A stretch of DNA of 64,000 nt from an uncultured Alphaproteobacteria bacterium (lineage in GTDB: Bacteria; Pseudomonadota; Alphaproteobacteria; RF32; CAG-239), in the NCBI GenBank assembly GCA_944392255.1, contig CALXVY010000006.1:6557-70556 (forward strand). The letters run 5' to 3'. Below, one piece after another: positions 8,398 through 19,632 of this stretch (positions are counted from its first letter, which is position 1; each line of letters begins with the position of its first letter). Position numbers and translations under genes: made by a program. A model generated the notes under the pieces. The model had not been told where the DNA came from. It did no database searches and saw only the letters and a list, made by a program, of their open reading frames with translations.

Positions 8398-9435
8398 TTA
8401 TTCGATAACATCTTCTTCAATCGGTTCATCATCGCCAATCATTTCTGTTGTGATGTGACCGGCGTCTGCTCTAATCTTGTTTTCAATTTCTTGAGCAACA
8501 TCAGGATGTTCTTTCAAGAATAATTTAGCATTTTCGCGACCTTGACCGAGTTTTTCTCCTTTGTAAGAGAACCAAGCTCCGGCTTTTTCTACAATGCCGG
8601 ACTTAATGCCTAAATCAATCAGCTCACCGGTTTTGGAAATGCCTTCGCCATACATAATGTCAAAGTCAACAACCTTAAACGGAGGAGCAACCTTATTTTT
8701 AACAATTTTAACGCGGGTTTGAGTACCAATGATATCTTCTTTATCTTTGATTTTGCCAATGCTTCGGATATCAATACGAACAGAGGCATAGAATTTCAAA
8801 GCGTTACCACCGGTTGTTGTTTCAGGGCTTCCAAACATAACACCTAACTTCATACGAATTTGGTTGATGAAGATGACAAGAGTGTTGGAACGAGATACAG
8901 TGGCGGTTAATTTTCTTAAAGCTTGGCTCATTAAGCGCGCTTGTAAACCCATGTGTTGGTCGCCCATTTCGCCTTCCAATTCGGCCTTAGGAACCAAAGC
9001 AGCAACTGAGTCGACAACCAGAACGTCAATAGCTCCGGAACGAACTAATGTATCGGTAATTTCAAGAGCTTGTTCACCGGCATCTGGTTGAGAGATGAGC
9101 AAGTTTTCAATATCAACACCAATTTTTTTTGCATATGATGGATCAAGAGCGTGTTCCGCATCAATAAAAGCACAGGTTCCGCCTTTCTTTTGAGCTTGAG
9201 CGATAACACTTAATGCCAAAGTGGTTTTACCGGAACTTTCCGGTCCATAAATTTCTACAATTCTGCCTTTAGGCATACCACCGATACCCAATGCAATATC
9301 AATGCCTATAGAGCCAGTAGAAATGGCTTCAATATCAACGCTGGCATCATTTTGACCCAAGCGCATGATGGAGCCTTTTCCGAAAGCCTTTTCAATTTGG
9401 CTGACTGCAGCGTCCAATGCTTTTTGTTTATCCAT
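8398..9435 (-). CDS. recA: Recombinase RecA
   Basis: Full-length RecA pattern: [10 protein letters not shown], Walker [10 protein letters not shown], and IFINQIRMK. Confidence 0.97.
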   Translation of the reverse strand: MDKQKALDAAVSQIEKAFGKGSIMRLGQNDASVDIEAISTGSIGIDIALGIGGMPKGRIVEIYGPESSGKTTLALSVIAQAQKKGGTCAFIDAEHALDPSYAKKIGVDIENLLISQPDAGEQALEITDTLVRSGAIDVLVVDSVAALVPKAELEGEMGDQHMGLQARLMSQALRKLTATVSRSNTLVIFINQIRMKLGVMFGSPETTTGGNALKFYASVRIDIRSIGKIKDKEDIIGTQTRVKIVKNKVAPPFKVVDFDIMYGEGISKTGELIDLGIKSGIVEKAGAWFSYKGEKLGQGRENAKLFLKEHPDVAQEIENKIRADAGHITTEMIGDDEPIEEDVIE

Positions 9436-9540
9436 TTTCTTTTTTACCTCATTAAATGTTGTATAATGATATTGTTATAAACAGCTTTGCAAAAAATACA
9501 ATTTTGCTTTGTTATTTATCCCTATGAAAAATAAAATGTA

Positions 9541-10485
9541 CTACTTTTGTTCTTTTTGCAAGAGTTTTTTTATGTTTTTTACTTTTTTAATTTTGGCTAG
9601 AGGCGTTTTCTCTGCTAAGCGTTTGTTTTTCTCTGCTTTTTCATCCTCAATAGCTTGGTATTCTTCCAATGCCGCCGTAACAACCGCACCAAAAATAACC
9701 ACGCTCCATGCCAGATACATCCAGATTAAGAAAACGGGTAGGGCAGCCAAAGCACCATATAAGGTTTTGTAGGTGGCGTTTTCTATAACCAAAATGCCAA
9801 AGCTTTTTCTTAAAACCCAAAACAGCAAAACTGCAATGAAGGCTCCAACAAAGGCATTGGAAATTTTTACTTTTTTATTAGGTACCAAAACGTAAACCAT
9901 AACTAATACCAACATTGTTATAAGATTGGGAATCATTTGGCTTAAATACATAGAATTGCTTATCCCTTCGGGCATGAGACTCTGTAATGTAAACAGATAG
10001 CTGCGAAGAGAAAAGGCGGCTCCCAACAAAATGGGACCCAAAGTGATGACTGTCCAATATAAGGTGATTTTGGTTTTGATGTTTCTTGGTTTATACACTT
10101 TAAATATAAAGTTAAGGCTGTTCTCAATGGTTGAAAGCAACATAATGGAAGTTACAGCCAAACCAACAACACCAATTGTGGTGATTTGGGCAGAAGCATT
10201 TAAAAAACTAACAAAATATTGGCTGATTTCTTGCCCTATGTCAGGAACAAAATTCTTTAATATAAAGTCTTGAAATTGAGTCTTGATGGTGGTGAAGCCC
10301 GGAAAGGCTGAAAAAATGGCTAAACCGATGACAAATAACGGAACAATGGCTATTAATGATGTGTAACTCAAAGATGATGATACTCTGAAAATGGTGTCAT
10401 TCTTGGCTCTGCGGACTAAAAATATCAAAAAATTTTTGAGGGTTTCTGCCGCATTTTTAAATTTAGTTTTCCAATACATACGCAA
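9541..10485 (-). CDS. YihY/BrkB family inner membrane protein
   Basis: SYTSLIAIVPLFVIGLAIFSAFP plus a 6-TM pattern and a basic C-terminal tail. Confidence 0.75.
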   Translation of the reverse strand: MRMYWKTKFKNAAETLKNFLIFLVRRAKNDTIFRVSSSLSYTSLIAIVPLFVIGLAIFSAFPGFTTIKTQFQDFILKNFVPDIGQEISQYFVSFLNASAQITTIGVVGLAVTSIMLLSTIENSLNFIFKVYKPRNIKTKITLYWTVITLGPILLGAAFSLRSYLFTLQSLMPEGISNSMYLSQMIPNLITMLVLVMVYVLVPNKKVKISNAFVGAFIAVLLFWVLRKSFGILVIENATYKTLYGALAALPVFLIWMYLAWSVVIFGAVVTAALEEYQAIEDEKAEKNKRLAEKTPLAKIKKVKNIKKLLQKEQK

Positions 10486-10588
10486 CTCGATAAAAAAAGT
10501 TATTTACAAAAACTCATAAATTTTATAATAGTGTCTTAGACTATATAACAATATATTTAATTTTTTTAAGATTGCAAAGGAAAATATT

Positions 10589-11416
10589 ATGGCTACACCC
10601 GCACCTTTAATGGCAGGAAAAAAAGGTCTGATTATGGGCCTTGCTAATGATAAGTCTATTGCTTGGGGAATCGCTCAGGCTTTGAATGCTCATGGCGCTC
10701 AACTCGCTATTTCTTATCAAAATGAAACTTTAGAAAAAAGAGTTCAACCGTTGGCCGCACAACTCGACAAAGAACCTTTGTTGATTAAATGTGATGTTTC
10801 CGACTCCGAAAGTGTTGAAGCTTGCTTCAAAGAACTTGGCGAAAAATGGGGTAAAATCGACTTCGTTGTTCATGCTATCGCTTTTTCTGATAAAAATGAA
10901 CTCAAAGGTCGTACCATTGATACCACTCGTGCAAATTTTGCTAACACAATGCAAATTTCTTGCTATTCTTTCTTGGAAGCATGCCGTTGCGCTTCTCCGA
11001 TTATGAATGAAGGTGGTTCTATCGTTACTTTGACATATCTTGGTGGCGAAAGAATCTTGCCTAACTACAATATTATGGGTGTTGCAAAAGCTGCTTTGGA
11101 AGCTTCTGTTCGTTATGCCGCAAGTGATATGGGCGCGCAAGGTGTTCGTGTTAATGCAATTTCTGCAGGTCCGATTAAAACCTTGGCTGCATCCGGAATC
11201 GGTGATTTCCGCAAAATTTTGCACTGGAATGAACTCAACGCTCCTTTGCGTCGCAATGTTACTCAAGAAGAAGTTGGTATGGCTGCTTTGGGCTTGCTTT
11301 CTCCTTTGGGTACAGGTATTACCGGTGAAGTTTTGCACGTTGACTGTGGTTACCACATCCAAGGTATGATTAATTTGGATAAGGCTGCTGAAACTGCTGC
11401 TTCTTTAGCTGAGTAA
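10589..11416 (+). CDS. fabI: Enoyl-ACP reductase FabI (NADH)
   Basis: GKKGLIMGLANDKSIAWGIA N-terminus; SDR Y/K region YNIMGVAKAALEASVRY; VNAISAGPIKT. Confidence 0.92.
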   Translation: MATPAPLMAGKKGLIMGLANDKSIAWGIAQALNAHGAQLAISYQNETLEKRVQPLAAQLDKEPLLIKCDVSDSESVEACFKELGEKWGKIDFVVHAIAFSDKNELKGRTIDTTRANFANTMQISCYSFLEACRCASPIMNEGGSIVTLTYLGGERILPNYNIMGVAKAALEASVRYAASDMGAQGVRVNAISAGPIKTLAASGIGDFRKILHWNELNAPLRRNVTQEEVGMAALGLLSPLGTGITGEVLHVDCGYHIQGMINLDKAAETAASLAE

Positions 11417-11555
11417 TTCAATATAATCAATAGCAAAAGGGCGGTAGCGATACCGTCCTTTTTTGTTTGGCTTGTGTAGAAGTTGTGCTCAAAACTTGTG
11501 AATGTGACACTATTTGTTTAGTATAAATGCAAATTTTGAGTTTATGAGGTCGGAT

Positions 11556-13373
11556 ATGAATGAGTTTGATTTGCCTTTTCCCGAAGAAAGTAAACAGGAT
11601 AGAAAAAAGATTGAAACAGCTAAACTGTTATCTAAATCTTTGATTTATGCTTTTGCTATTTTTGGTTTGATTTTCGTCATTATATTGTTTTTAATTTTAG
11701 GAATGCTTAGGCCTCAGGGAAAAGTTGTTGCTTCAGTTCCTCGTTCTGCAATCTTGACCATTGATTTTGATGAAAGTTTTTCCGAAACAAAAAATAATGA
11801 TATTATGGCTGAATTGGTCGGACAACAAAATCAAAGTTTTTTTGATATGATACGCGCAATTAATGTTGCCGCTTTTGATAATAGAGTTAAAGCTCTTGTG
11901 GGAAAGGTTAGTGTATCTTCTCTTGGTTTGGCTCAGATTCAAGATTTGCGCCAAGCTATTGTTAATTTTAAGAAACAAGGTAAAAAAACTTATCTTTATG
12001 CGCAAAGTTTTGGTTCTTTTGGACGTGGTACAAAAGAATATTATCTTGCATCTGTTTTTGATGAAATTGTGATTGCGCCAAATAGTGAAGTAGGAATAAC
12101 AGGTGTTGGTATTGAAGTTCCTTTTTTCCGCGATGTCTTAGATAAAATTGGCGTCCAACCTGAATTTTATAGTCGCTATGAATATAAGACCGCTATGGAT
12201 TCAATGACCAGGAAAACTATGTCTCCAGCATTTAAAGCAGAAATGAAAAAGCTGGGAACCGGAATTTTTAATCGTATGGTGATTGATATTGCCGCTGCAC
12301 GCAAGCTCTCTGAAAAAGATGTCGTTTCTTTAATTAATCAAGCGCCTTTGCCATCTGATGTCGCCTTAAAAGCTAAATTGGTTGATAAAATTGCTTTTAA
12401 GCAAGATTTTTTAGATAATCTGCAAGAGGCTTATAAGTCGGAATATATTGATTTAGCCGCTTATGAAACCAATATCATAAATCATAAAAGAGGGACAAAG
12501 TCTATTGCTTTATTAGTGATTGACGGTGTTATTGCAGAAGGAGAAAGTTCAGCAGAATCTTTACAAAATGAAGTTATAACAGGAGTAGACACGGTTTTGT
12601 CTCAACTTAAAGAAATAGATGAAGATAAAAATGTAAAAGCTTTAGTTATCAGAGTAAATTCTCCTGGTGGTGGCTATGGCGCAGCTAACGATATTTGGCA
12701 CGGAATAGAACAACTTAAAGCTAAAAAGAAAATTCCGGTGATTATATCTATGGGAGATTATGCTGCCTCCGGTGGATATTTTGTGGCAATTGCCGGAGAT
12801 AAAATTGTTGCAGAACCGTCAACCATTACAGGTTCAATCGGCGTACTTGGCGGTAAAATGGTTTTGCAAAATTTATGGAAAAAATTAGGTGTTCATTGGC
12901 AGCGTATTTCTTTTGGGCAAAATGCCGGTATTTTGAGTCCCAACACTCCATTTTCAAAACAAGAAAGAAATATATTTAACAAATCGTTAGATAATGTATA
13001 TTCAGATTTTACTTTAAAAGTTGCGAAAGCCAGAAATTTATCTGAAAAAGAAATGGATAAACTCGCTCGCGGACGTGTTTGGCTTGGAGAACAAGCTTTA
13101 AAGGTCAAACTTGTAGATGAGCTCGGTGGTATTGAAACCGCTCTTGCTTTAGCTCAAAAAGAAGCTCAAATCAAAGATGATGAAAAGATACGGATTGAAT
13201 TCTATCCCAAAGAAAAAACACTGCAAGAAAAGTTGCAGCAACTGGTTGGAAGCGGAAAGGGCTTGGTTATGTCCGAAACTGCTAAAATTTTTGGAGATGA
13301 AATGCAAAATATCCAAATGCTTAACCGCTTGAAATATAATGCTATTTTGCCACCAATGCAAATTGAAATGTAA
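11556..13373 (+). CDS. sppA: Signal peptide peptidase SppA, 67K (two-domain) type
   Basis: Two ClpP/crotonase-like halves. VNSPGGG and GDYAASGGYFVA serine motifs, one N-terminal TM. Start uncertain: the track gives TTG 11514, ATG 11544 is possible, and ATG 11556 follows GAGG. Confidence 0.85.
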   Translation: MNEFDLPFPEESKQDRKKIETAKLLSKSLIYAFAIFGLIFVIILFLILGMLRPQGKVVASVPRSAILTIDFDESFSETKNNDIMAELVGQQNQSFFDMIRAINVAAFDNRVKALVGKVSVSSLGLAQIQDLRQAIVNFKKQGKKTYLYAQSFGSFGRGTKEYYLASVFDEIVIAPNSEVGITGVGIEVPFFRDVLDKIGVQPEFYSRYEYKTAMDSMTRKTMSPAFKAEMKKLGTGIFNRMVIDIAAARKLSEKDVVSLINQAPLPSDVALKAKLVDKIAFKQDFLDNLQEAYKSEYIDLAAYETNIINHKRGTKSIALLVIDGVIAEGESSAESLQNEVITGVDTVLSQLKEIDEDKNVKALVIRVNSPGGGYGAANDIWHGIEQLKAKKKIPVIISMGDYAASGGYFVAIAGDKIVAEPSTITGSIGVLGGKMVLQNLWKKLGVHWQRISFGQNAGILSPNTPFSKQERNIFNKSLDNVYSDFTLKVAKARNLSEKEMDKLARGRVWLGEQALKVKLVDELGGIETALALAQKEAQIKDDEKIRIEFYPKEKTLQEKLQQLVGSGKGLVMSETAKIFGDEMQNIQMLNRLKYNAILPPMQIEM

Positions 13374-13444
13374 ATACAAGTTTTTTATTGCAAAATTCAA
13401 GAATTGTTCTATTTTTGTATAAGTTTAAAGTAAAGGATAAAAAT

Positions 13445-13732
13445 ATGGCCATAGATAGAGAAACAGTCAGACGAATTGCATTCCTTTCTCGTCTGAAAAT
13501 TGAAGATGATAAAATTGAAGATACTGAAGATGAATTTAATAAAATCTTGAACTGGGTGGAACAGCTCAGTGAAGTTAATACTGATGGTGTTGAACCGCTG
13601 GTTTCCGTTAACGATACAAACTTGACCTTGCGACAAGATGAGGTAACTGAAGGTAACCAATCTGCTGCTGTTTTGAAAAATGCACCGCAAGCTCAATACG
13701 GCTATTTCACTGTTCCTAAAGTTGTTGAATAA
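13445..13732 (+). CDS. gatC: Glu/Asp-tRNA amidotransferase subunit C
   Basis: VRRIAFLSRLKIEDD..LNWVEQLSEVNTDGVEP pattern. ATG 13445 follows AAGGA; the track ORF is over-extended at its 5' end. Confidence 0.9.
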   Translation: MAIDRETVRRIAFLSRLKIEDDKIEDTEDEFNKILNWVEQLSEVNTDGVEPLVSVNDTNLTLRQDEVTEGNQSAAVLKNAPQAQYGYFTVPKVVE

Positions 13733-13753
13733 TTTTAATAAAGGTTCAAGAAA

Positions 13754-15214
13754 ATGACAAAATTAACCGAACTGACAATTGCTCAGGCAAGAGAAGCCTT
13801 GAAGAAAAAAGAGTTTAGCGCTGTTGAACTCACCAAAGCTTATATTGATGAAATGAATGACAAGCGCAAATACAATGCTTATGTGTTGGAAACTCCTGAT
13901 GTTGCTTTAGCTCAAGCACAAAAATCTGATGAAAAATATGCCAACGGTACAGATGGCGCTTTGGAAGGTATTCCTTTGGGAATCAAAGATTTATACTGCA
14001 CCAAAGATATTCGTACTACTGCTTGTTCTCATATCTTGGATGGTTTTGAACCGCAATATGAATCTACCGTAACAGCAAAACTTTTGAATGCCGGTGCCAG
14101 CTTTTTAGGTAAGCTGAATATGGATGAATTTGCTATGGGCGGCAGTAACGAGACCAGTTATTATGGTCCTGCCGTTAACCCGTGGAGCAAAGATGTTCCG
14201 CTCGTTGCCGGTGGCTCTTCCGGTGGTTCGGCTGCTGCCGTTGCTGCCAATATGTGTGCAGCTGCCACAGGTACCGATACCGGCGGTTCAATCCGTCAAC
14301 CGTCTGCTTTTTGCGGTATTACCGGTATTAAACCAACATATGGTCGTTGCTCTCGTTATGGCATTATTGCATTTGCATCTTCTTTAGACCAAGCCGGTCC
14401 GATGTGTAAAGACGTGCGTGACTGTGCTATTATGTTGAACGTAATGTCTGGTTATGATGCCAAAGATTCAACTTCTGCCAAAGTGGAAGTTCCGAACTTT
14501 GAAGCTTTCTTAAATCAAGATATTAAAGGTCTTAAAATAGGTATTCCGGCTGAATATCGTCCCGAAGGTTTGAATGCCGAAATTTCTGCATTTTGGGATA
14601 AAGGCATAGAAATGCTCAAAGCTCGTGGTGCCGAAATTGTAAACATTTCTTTGCCGCACACCAAATATGCTTTGCCGACTTATTACATCATTGCTCCGGC
14701 TGAAGCATCTTCTAACTTGGCTCGCTATGATGGCTTGCGCTATGGCTTGCGTGTGAATGGTGAACATCTTGATAATATGTATATCAACAGCCGCACCGAA
14801 GGTTTTGGTAAAGAAGTTAAACGTCGTATCATGATTGGTACATACGTTCTTTCTGCCGGATATTACGATGCATATTACCTCAAAGCACAAAAAGTGCGTC
14901 GTTTGATTCGTCAAGACTTTATCAATGCTTTTGAAAAATGCGACATTATTTTAACGCCGACTTCTCCGGTTACCGCATTCTCGATTGGCGATAAATCTAT
15001 GCAAGAAAACCCGATTAATATGTGGCTCAATGACGTGTTTACCGTTTCTGTCAACTTGGCCGGACTTCCAGCTATGAGCTTGCCGATGGGACTTTCTCAA
15101 AATGGTTTGCCTTTAGGTTTGCAACTCATTGGAAAGGCTTTTGATGAGGGAACAATTTTCAAAACAGCCAGCGCTTTGGAACAAGATGCCGCTTTCAGAA
15201 AAGGAATGAAATAA
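13754..15214 (+). CDS. gatA: Glu/Asp-tRNA amidotransferase subunit A
   Basis: Amidase signature [13 protein letters not shown] and [16 protein letters not shown]. Confidence 0.95.
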   Translation: MTKLTELTIAQAREALKKKEFSAVELTKAYIDEMNDKRKYNAYVLETPDVALAQAQKSDEKYANGTDGALEGIPLGIKDLYCTKDIRTTACSHILDGFEPQYESTVTAKLLNAGASFLGKLNMDEFAMGGSNETSYYGPAVNPWSKDVPLVAGGSSGGSAAAVAANMCAAATGTDTGGSIRQPSAFCGITGIKPTYGRCSRYGIIAFASSLDQAGPMCKDVRDCAIMLNVMSGYDAKDSTSAKVEVPNFEAFLNQDIKGLKIGIPAEYRPEGLNAEISAFWDKGIEMLKARGAEIVNISLPHTKYALPTYYIIAPAEASSNLARYDGLRYGLRVNGEHLDNMYINSRTEGFGKEVKRRIMIGTYVLSAGYYDAYYLKAQKVRRLIRQDFINAFEKCDIILTPTSPVTAFSIGDKSMQENPINMWLNDVFTVSVNLAGLPAMSLPMGLSQNGLPLGLQLIGKAFDEGTIFKTASALEQDAAFRKGMK

Positions 15215-16671
15215 TGACAGGTTTGATTATTGAAGGAAAAACCGCTTCTTGGGAAGTAATCTGCGGATTGGAAATTCACTGTCAGATTATTTCTAAATCT
15301 AAAATGTTTTCAGGTGCTTCTACCCATTATGGTTCAGATGCCAACGAAAACGTTTCTTTTGTTGATGCCGGCATGCCCGGAATGTTGCCAACCTTGAATG
15401 AACGTTGCGTTTATCAAGCTGTTAAAACCGGTTTGGGTTTGAATGCCAAAATCAACAAATATTCAGCCTTTGCCCGCAAGAACTATTTTTATGCCGATTT
15501 GCCGCAAGGTTACCAAATCAGCCAGTTCCAATATCCGATTGTAGGTGAGGGACATGTTACTGTTGATTTGAGTGATGGCTCTACCAAAGACATTGGCATT
15601 GAACGTTTGCATATTGAGCAAGATGCCGGAAAATCCATTCACGATATGGCACCCGATAAAAGTTTTATTGACTTAAACCGTGCCGGCGTGGGTTTGATGG
15701 AAATTGTAACTAAACCTGATTTCCGTTCTCCGGAAGAAGCCGGTGCATTCTTGCGTAAACTGCGTTCTATTGTTCGTTACCTCGGTACTTGCGATGGCAA
15801 CATGGATGAAGGTTCAATGCGCTGTGATGTGAACGTATCTGTTCGTAAAGTGGGCGAAGAGGGATATCGTACTCGTTGCGAGATGAAGAACGTTAACTCG
15901 GTTAAGTTTGTAATGCAAGCTATTGAAAATGAAGCAAAACGCCACGTTGAAGTTTATGAAAACGGTGGCAATATCGAGCAAGAAACTCGTCAGTTTGATC
16001 CGTCTACCGGCTTAACTAAAGTTATGCGTAAAAAAGAATTTGCTCATGACTATCGTTATTTTCCGGAGCCTGATTTGTTGCCTTTGGTTTTGGATGATGA
16101 CTATATTGCCAAAGTTAAGGCTGACATGGTTGAGTTGCCGGATGCCAAACGCGCACGCTTTGTTAAAGAGCTTGGCTTAACAGCTTATGATGCTTCTGTT
16201 ATTTGCGAAAACAAAGAAACAGCTGATTTCTTTGAAAAAGCAGCTCAAGGCCATGATGCCAAAAAGGTTGCCAACTGGTTGATGGGTGATTTCTTTGCTA
16301 TGCTTAATGAAAAGAAATTGGAACTCAAAGATTCTCCCGTAAGTGCCGAAAATCTCGGTAAACTTGTTGAACTTATTACCTCTAACGTTATCAACGGAAA
16401 AACCGCTAAAGATGTTTTTGCTATTATGGCAGAAACCGGTGGCGATCCTGAAAAAATTGTAGAAGAAAAAGGTTTGAAACAAGTTACCGATATGGGTGCT
16501 ATTGAAGCAATTGTTGATGAAGTGATTGCCTCAGCTCCGGAAAATGTGGCAGCTTACAAAGCCGGAAAGAATAATCTTTTAGGTTGGTTTGTCGGTCAAG
16601 TGATGAAAAAATCACAAGGTAAAGCAAACCCTGCAATTGTTAATAAAATGATTGCCGAAAAACTGAATTAA
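15214..16671 (+). CDS. gatB: Glu/Asp-tRNA amidotransferase subunit B
   Basis: [28 protein letters not shown], and a C-terminal YqeY-like tail. Start overlaps the gatA stop. Confidence 0.95.
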   Translation: MTGLIIEGKTASWEVICGLEIHCQIISKSKMFSGASTHYGSDANENVSFVDAGMPGMLPTLNERCVYQAVKTGLGLNAKINKYSAFARKNYFYADLPQGYQISQFQYPIVGEGHVTVDLSDGSTKDIGIERLHIEQDAGKSIHDMAPDKSFIDLNRAGVGLMEIVTKPDFRSPEEAGAFLRKLRSIVRYLGTCDGNMDEGSMRCDVNVSVRKVGEEGYRTRCEMKNVNSVKFVMQAIENEAKRHVEVYENGGNIEQETRQFDPSTGLTKVMRKKEFAHDYRYFPEPDLLPLVLDDDYIAKVKADMVELPDAKRARFVKELGLTAYDASVICENKETADFFEKAAQGHDAKKVANWLMGDFFAMLNEKKLELKDSPVSAENLGKLVELITSNVINGKTAKDVFAIMAETGGDPEKIVEEKGLKQVTDMGAIEAIVDEVIASAPENVAAYKAGKNNLLGWFVGQVMKKSQGKANPAIVNKMIAEKLN

Positions 16672-16725
16672 TTTATATCATTAAAAGGCTGGCATTTAGC
16701 CAGCCTTGATTTTCGGAATAAAAAA

Positions 16726-17499
16726 ATGACCAATGTTTTTATTGAAGGACTTTTAGCTTCGCTTATTGCCGGATTAATTACCGGTATCGGCGGATTTATG
16801 ATTTTTTTGAAAAAGAAATATAGCCAAGATAATATTAACTTTATGCTTAATTTGGCGGCAGGGGTTATGCTTGCGGCTTCCTTCTTTGCGCTTCTTGTAC
16901 CTTCAATGCATAAGGTTTTGCAATTTGACCTCGATATTCATGTTTCAGCATTGTGGTATAGCTTGGCTGTTTTTACCGGTGTGACTTTGGTTTGGGTACT
17001 CAATGCTTTATTACCGCATGAGCATAATAATATGGGCCCTCATGGACCGCATATCAGCCTAAAAAAAGCTTGGCTCTTTATTATTGCCATTACATTACAC
17101 AAACTTCCTGAAGGTTTGGCCGTCGGTGTCGCTTTTAGTGCCGAAGATTTTATTAATCCCTTGAGCTTAGTGATTGGTATTGCGCTCCACAACGTTCCGG
17201 AAGGTTTGACGATAGCCATTTCTTTGGTTGGAGCAGATGTTTCTCGTATTAAAGCCGCTTCTACCGCACTTCTTATCGGTATGGTTCAACCCATCGGAGC
17301 CATTATCGGTTTACTTACCATGGATATCAGCGATAAAATTGTTCCTCTCGGCATGGCTATGGCTGGTGGTACTTTACTTTTTGTGGTTATTAATGAAATT
17401 TTGCCGGAAACTTATGGATTTAAACGCACAACAAAGTCTGCTTTTGCCGTTTTTTCCGGCTTTATCTTTATGACATATTTGTCAATGGTTTTAGATTGA
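16726..17499 (+). CDS. ZIP family divalent metal transporter (ZupT-like)
   Basis: LHKLPEGLAVG and LHNVPEGLTIA motifs, 8-TM pattern. Confidence 0.85.
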   Translation: MTNVFIEGLLASLIAGLITGIGGFMIFLKKKYSQDNINFMLNLAAGVMLAASFFALLVPSMHKVLQFDLDIHVSALWYSLAVFTGVTLVWVLNALLPHEHNNMGPHGPHISLKKAWLFIIAITLHKLPEGLAVGVAFSAEDFINPLSLVIGIALHNVPEGLTIAISLVGADVSRIKAASTALLIGMVQPIGAIIGLLTMDISDKIVPLGMAMAGGTLLFVVINEILPETYGFKRTTKSAFAVFSGFIFMTYLSMVLD

Positions 17500-17531
17500 T
17501 AAAAATATATGTTTATTTTTGAAATTTTGTG

Positions 17532-17560
17532 TTGACGTATGATAAAACATAATATAAATA
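17532..17560 (+). promoter_or_regulatory. Possible sigma70-type promoter for tRNA-Ser
   Basis: TTGACG (17532-17537), then TATAAA after a 15-nt spacer or TAAATA after a 17-nt spacer, about 20 nt upstream of the tRNA 5' end. Confidence 0.4.
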
Positions 17561-17577
17561 TATCTGCGTACCACGAT

Positions 17578-17665
17578 GGAGAGTTGGCAGAGTGGTAATG
17601 CAGCGGATTGCTAATCCGTCATCGGGAATACCGATGCACAGGTTCGAGTCCTGTACTCTCCGCCA
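17578..17665 (+). tRNA. tRNA-Ser (anticodon GCT), 88 nt with long variable arm, CCA encoded
   Basis: Acceptor GGAGAGT/ACTCTCC. Anticodon arm GCGGA-TTGCTAA-TCCGT. Variable arm CATCGG-GAATA-CCGATG. T arm CAGG-TTCGAGT-CCTG. Confidence 0.9.
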
Positions 17666-17721
17666 CTAAGAAGCACCCTCAAGGGTGCTTTTTTTATGTT
17701 GTTATCAGAGGGAGTTCTGTT

Positions 17722-19275
17722 ATGAAAAAATGGCTTAATTTGACTTTCAGCTTATCTTTAATTGTTTCTCTATGTATGTTCGGTTATACTCATATGGCTT
17801 GGTCAGAAACTAAGACAGAATTTTCTTTTAATGATGTCATTGAAAAAGCTAAACAACTTTCATTATCTCCTTATGTTGACAACAAGGCTAATCTTCCTTC
17901 GGCTTTGGCGCAGATGAAATATGAACAATATATTGATATTCGTTTTCGTCCTGAACAAGCTTTGTGGCATGATAAAGATTTATCTTATGAAGCACAATTT
18001 TATCATCTTGGTGGTTTGTTTAACTATCCGGTACAGCTTCATGAAATCAAAAAAGGAAAAGTTATTGATATAAATTATGATTTTCATAATTTTAATTTTG
18101 GTAAAAATAATATCACCCCGGAATCTTTTGATAAAAATTTAGGCTATGCCGGTTTTCGTTTGCAATATCCTTTGAACACTGATTTTTATGATGAGCTTAT
18201 TTCTTTTCTTGGGGCAAGCTATTTTCGCTCAATGGCTCAAGGGCAACGCTATGGACTTTCAGCGCGCGGCTTGGGTATTAATACAGCAGAAAAAATGCCT
18301 GAAGAATTTCCAATTTTTAAAGAATTTTGGCTTAATCGTCCCGATGATGAAAATATCAAAATTTATGCTTTGCTTGATAGCCCAAGTGTTGCCGGTGCTT
18401 ATAGCTTTGATATTACCCCAGGAGAAGAAACCATTATTGATGTTGAAGCCGTGCTTTATCCGCGTATGAACATCTCTAAACTCGAAATTGCTCCCTTAAC
18501 CTCTATGTTCCTTTATGGAGAAAATACCAAAATTCGTTTTGATGATTATCGTCCTGAAGTGCATGACAGTGATGGTTTGCTCGTTGTTAACGGAAATGGC
18601 GAAAAAATTTGGCGTCCCTTGGATAATTCAGAGCATTTACGTTTAAGTTCTTTTGTTGATAATAATCCCAAAGGCTTTGGTTTGATGCAACGCGACCGCA
18701 ATCCGCGTCATTACCTTGACCCTGAGGCGGCGTATGATTTGCGCCCGAGCTTGTGGATTGAACCTCTGGAAAATTGGGGTAAGGGCATGGTACAACTTGC
18801 AGAACTTCCTTCAATTGATGAAACTAACGATAATGTTGTAGCTTATTGGGTGCCAAGCATGCCAATCGAAGCACAAAAAGAATACCGTTTTAAATATCGT
18901 ATGCATTGGGTGAATGAAGCTCCAATTATGACCAATTTGGCAAAGGTTTTTGCAACTTATAACGGACGAGGCGGCGATGGCCTGGCCGGAGAATATTTGC
19001 TTCATAAACGTAAATATGTGATAGATTTTGTTGATTTTGACATAGAAAATCTGAAGCAAGAAATTGAAAACGGCAATATCTGGGCAGACATTTCTAACCA
19101 GGCTGGCACAATTTCCAATGTTAAATTGATGTATACCCCAAGTATTAACGGTGCTACATTATATTTTGATTTTGAGCCCAATAAAGAAATTATTGAATTG
19201 CGTGTTTTGCTCCGTGATAAAGCGCATGATAATCGTCCGATTTCAGAAATTTGGAGTTATCAGTGGTGGAAATGA
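17722..19275 (+). CDS. opgG: Periplasmic glucan biosynthesis protein OpgG/MdoG family
   Basis: Signal peptide MKKWLNLTFSLSLIVSLCMF, LGYAGFRLQYPLN and overall MdoG-like pattern. ATG 17722 follows GAGGGA; the track start 17608 runs into tRNA-Ser. Confidence 0.85.
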   Translation: MKKWLNLTFSLSLIVSLCMFGYTHMAWSETKTEFSFNDVIEKAKQLSLSPYVDNKANLPSALAQMKYEQYIDIRFRPEQALWHDKDLSYEAQFYHLGGLFNYPVQLHEIKKGKVIDINYDFHNFNFGKNNITPESFDKNLGYAGFRLQYPLNTDFYDELISFLGASYFRSMAQGQRYGLSARGLGINTAEKMPEEFPIFKEFWLNRPDDENIKIYALLDSPSVAGAYSFDITPGEETIIDVEAVLYPRMNISKLEIAPLTSMFLYGENTKIRFDDYRPEVHDSDGLLVVNGNGEKIWRPLDNSEHLRLSSFVDNNPKGFGLMQRDRNPRHYLDPEAAYDLRPSLWIEPLENWGKGMVQLAELPSIDETNDNVVAYWVPSMPIEAQKEYRFKYRMHWVNEAPIMTNLAKVFATYNGRGGDGLAGEYLLHKRKYVIDFVDFDIENLKQEIENGNIWADISNQAGTISNVKLMYTPSINGATLYFDFEPNKEIIELRVLLRDKAHDNRPISEIWSYQWWK

Positions 19276-19347
19276 CAAATTAAGCTTGATTATAAAAAAT
19301 ATGAGTTTATAGTTCCTTTTCTAAACTTTATTATTAATCGCTATATT

Positions 19348-19584
19348 ATGGAAAAACTAAAAAAAATTGCTAAGGTATGGGGTATTCTGGCCCTGTTTAT
19401 GCTTGTGTCTTCTTTTATGGTGGATGAAAAAAATCAATTTTTTTATTGGTTTTTTATTTCTTTATTTGTCTTAAGCTTGCTATTTATTCTTTTGGGTTGG
19501 GACAAATTTATTACATACGGAGAAGAGACTTCTTATGGAAATGATAAGCCATATACTGAAGATGCAGATGATTGGCTAGAATAA
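19348..19584 (+). CDS. Small two-TM membrane protein (78 aa)
   Basis: Two hydrophobic helices and an acidic tail, followed by a terminator. Confidence 0.5.
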   Translation: MEKLKKIAKVWGILALFMLVSSFMVDEKNQFFYWFFISLFVLSLLFILLGWDKFITYGEETSYGNDKPYTEDADDWLE

Positions 19585-19595
19585 TTATTTGTGTT

Positions 19596-19632
19596 AAAAC
19601 CCCTTTATTGCGGAATGCAAAAGGGGTTTTTT
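19596..19632. terminator. Bidirectional intrinsic terminator
   Basis: AAAACCCCTTT ... AAAGGGGTTTTTT lying between convergent genes. Confidence 0.75.

Noticed and set aside
9436-9540. Search for an SOS box upstream of recA (GTTC-N7-GTTC alphaproteobacterial type, or CTGT-N8-ACAG).
   Set aside because: Neither consensus is present. Only a loose direct repeat, TTGTATAA / TTGTTATAA, occurs, which is not enough to call an operator.
10730-11362. 210-aa antisense ORF inside fabI, and similar long antisense or out-of-frame ORFs. Examples are 6650..7117, 14510..14914, 32984..33376, 33333..33668, 40051..40407, 41227..41812, 47073..47429 and 47771..48100.
   Set aside because: Each lies wholly inside, or antisense to, a gene with strong family motifs. 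Their compositions are skewed (Cys/Phe/Ser-rich) and they have no SD. They are shadow ORFs.
17608-17721. 5' extension of the opgG ORF starting at 17608.
   Set aside because: The extension overlaps tRNA-Ser on the same strand. A proper SD plus an ATG with a signal peptide occurs at 17722.
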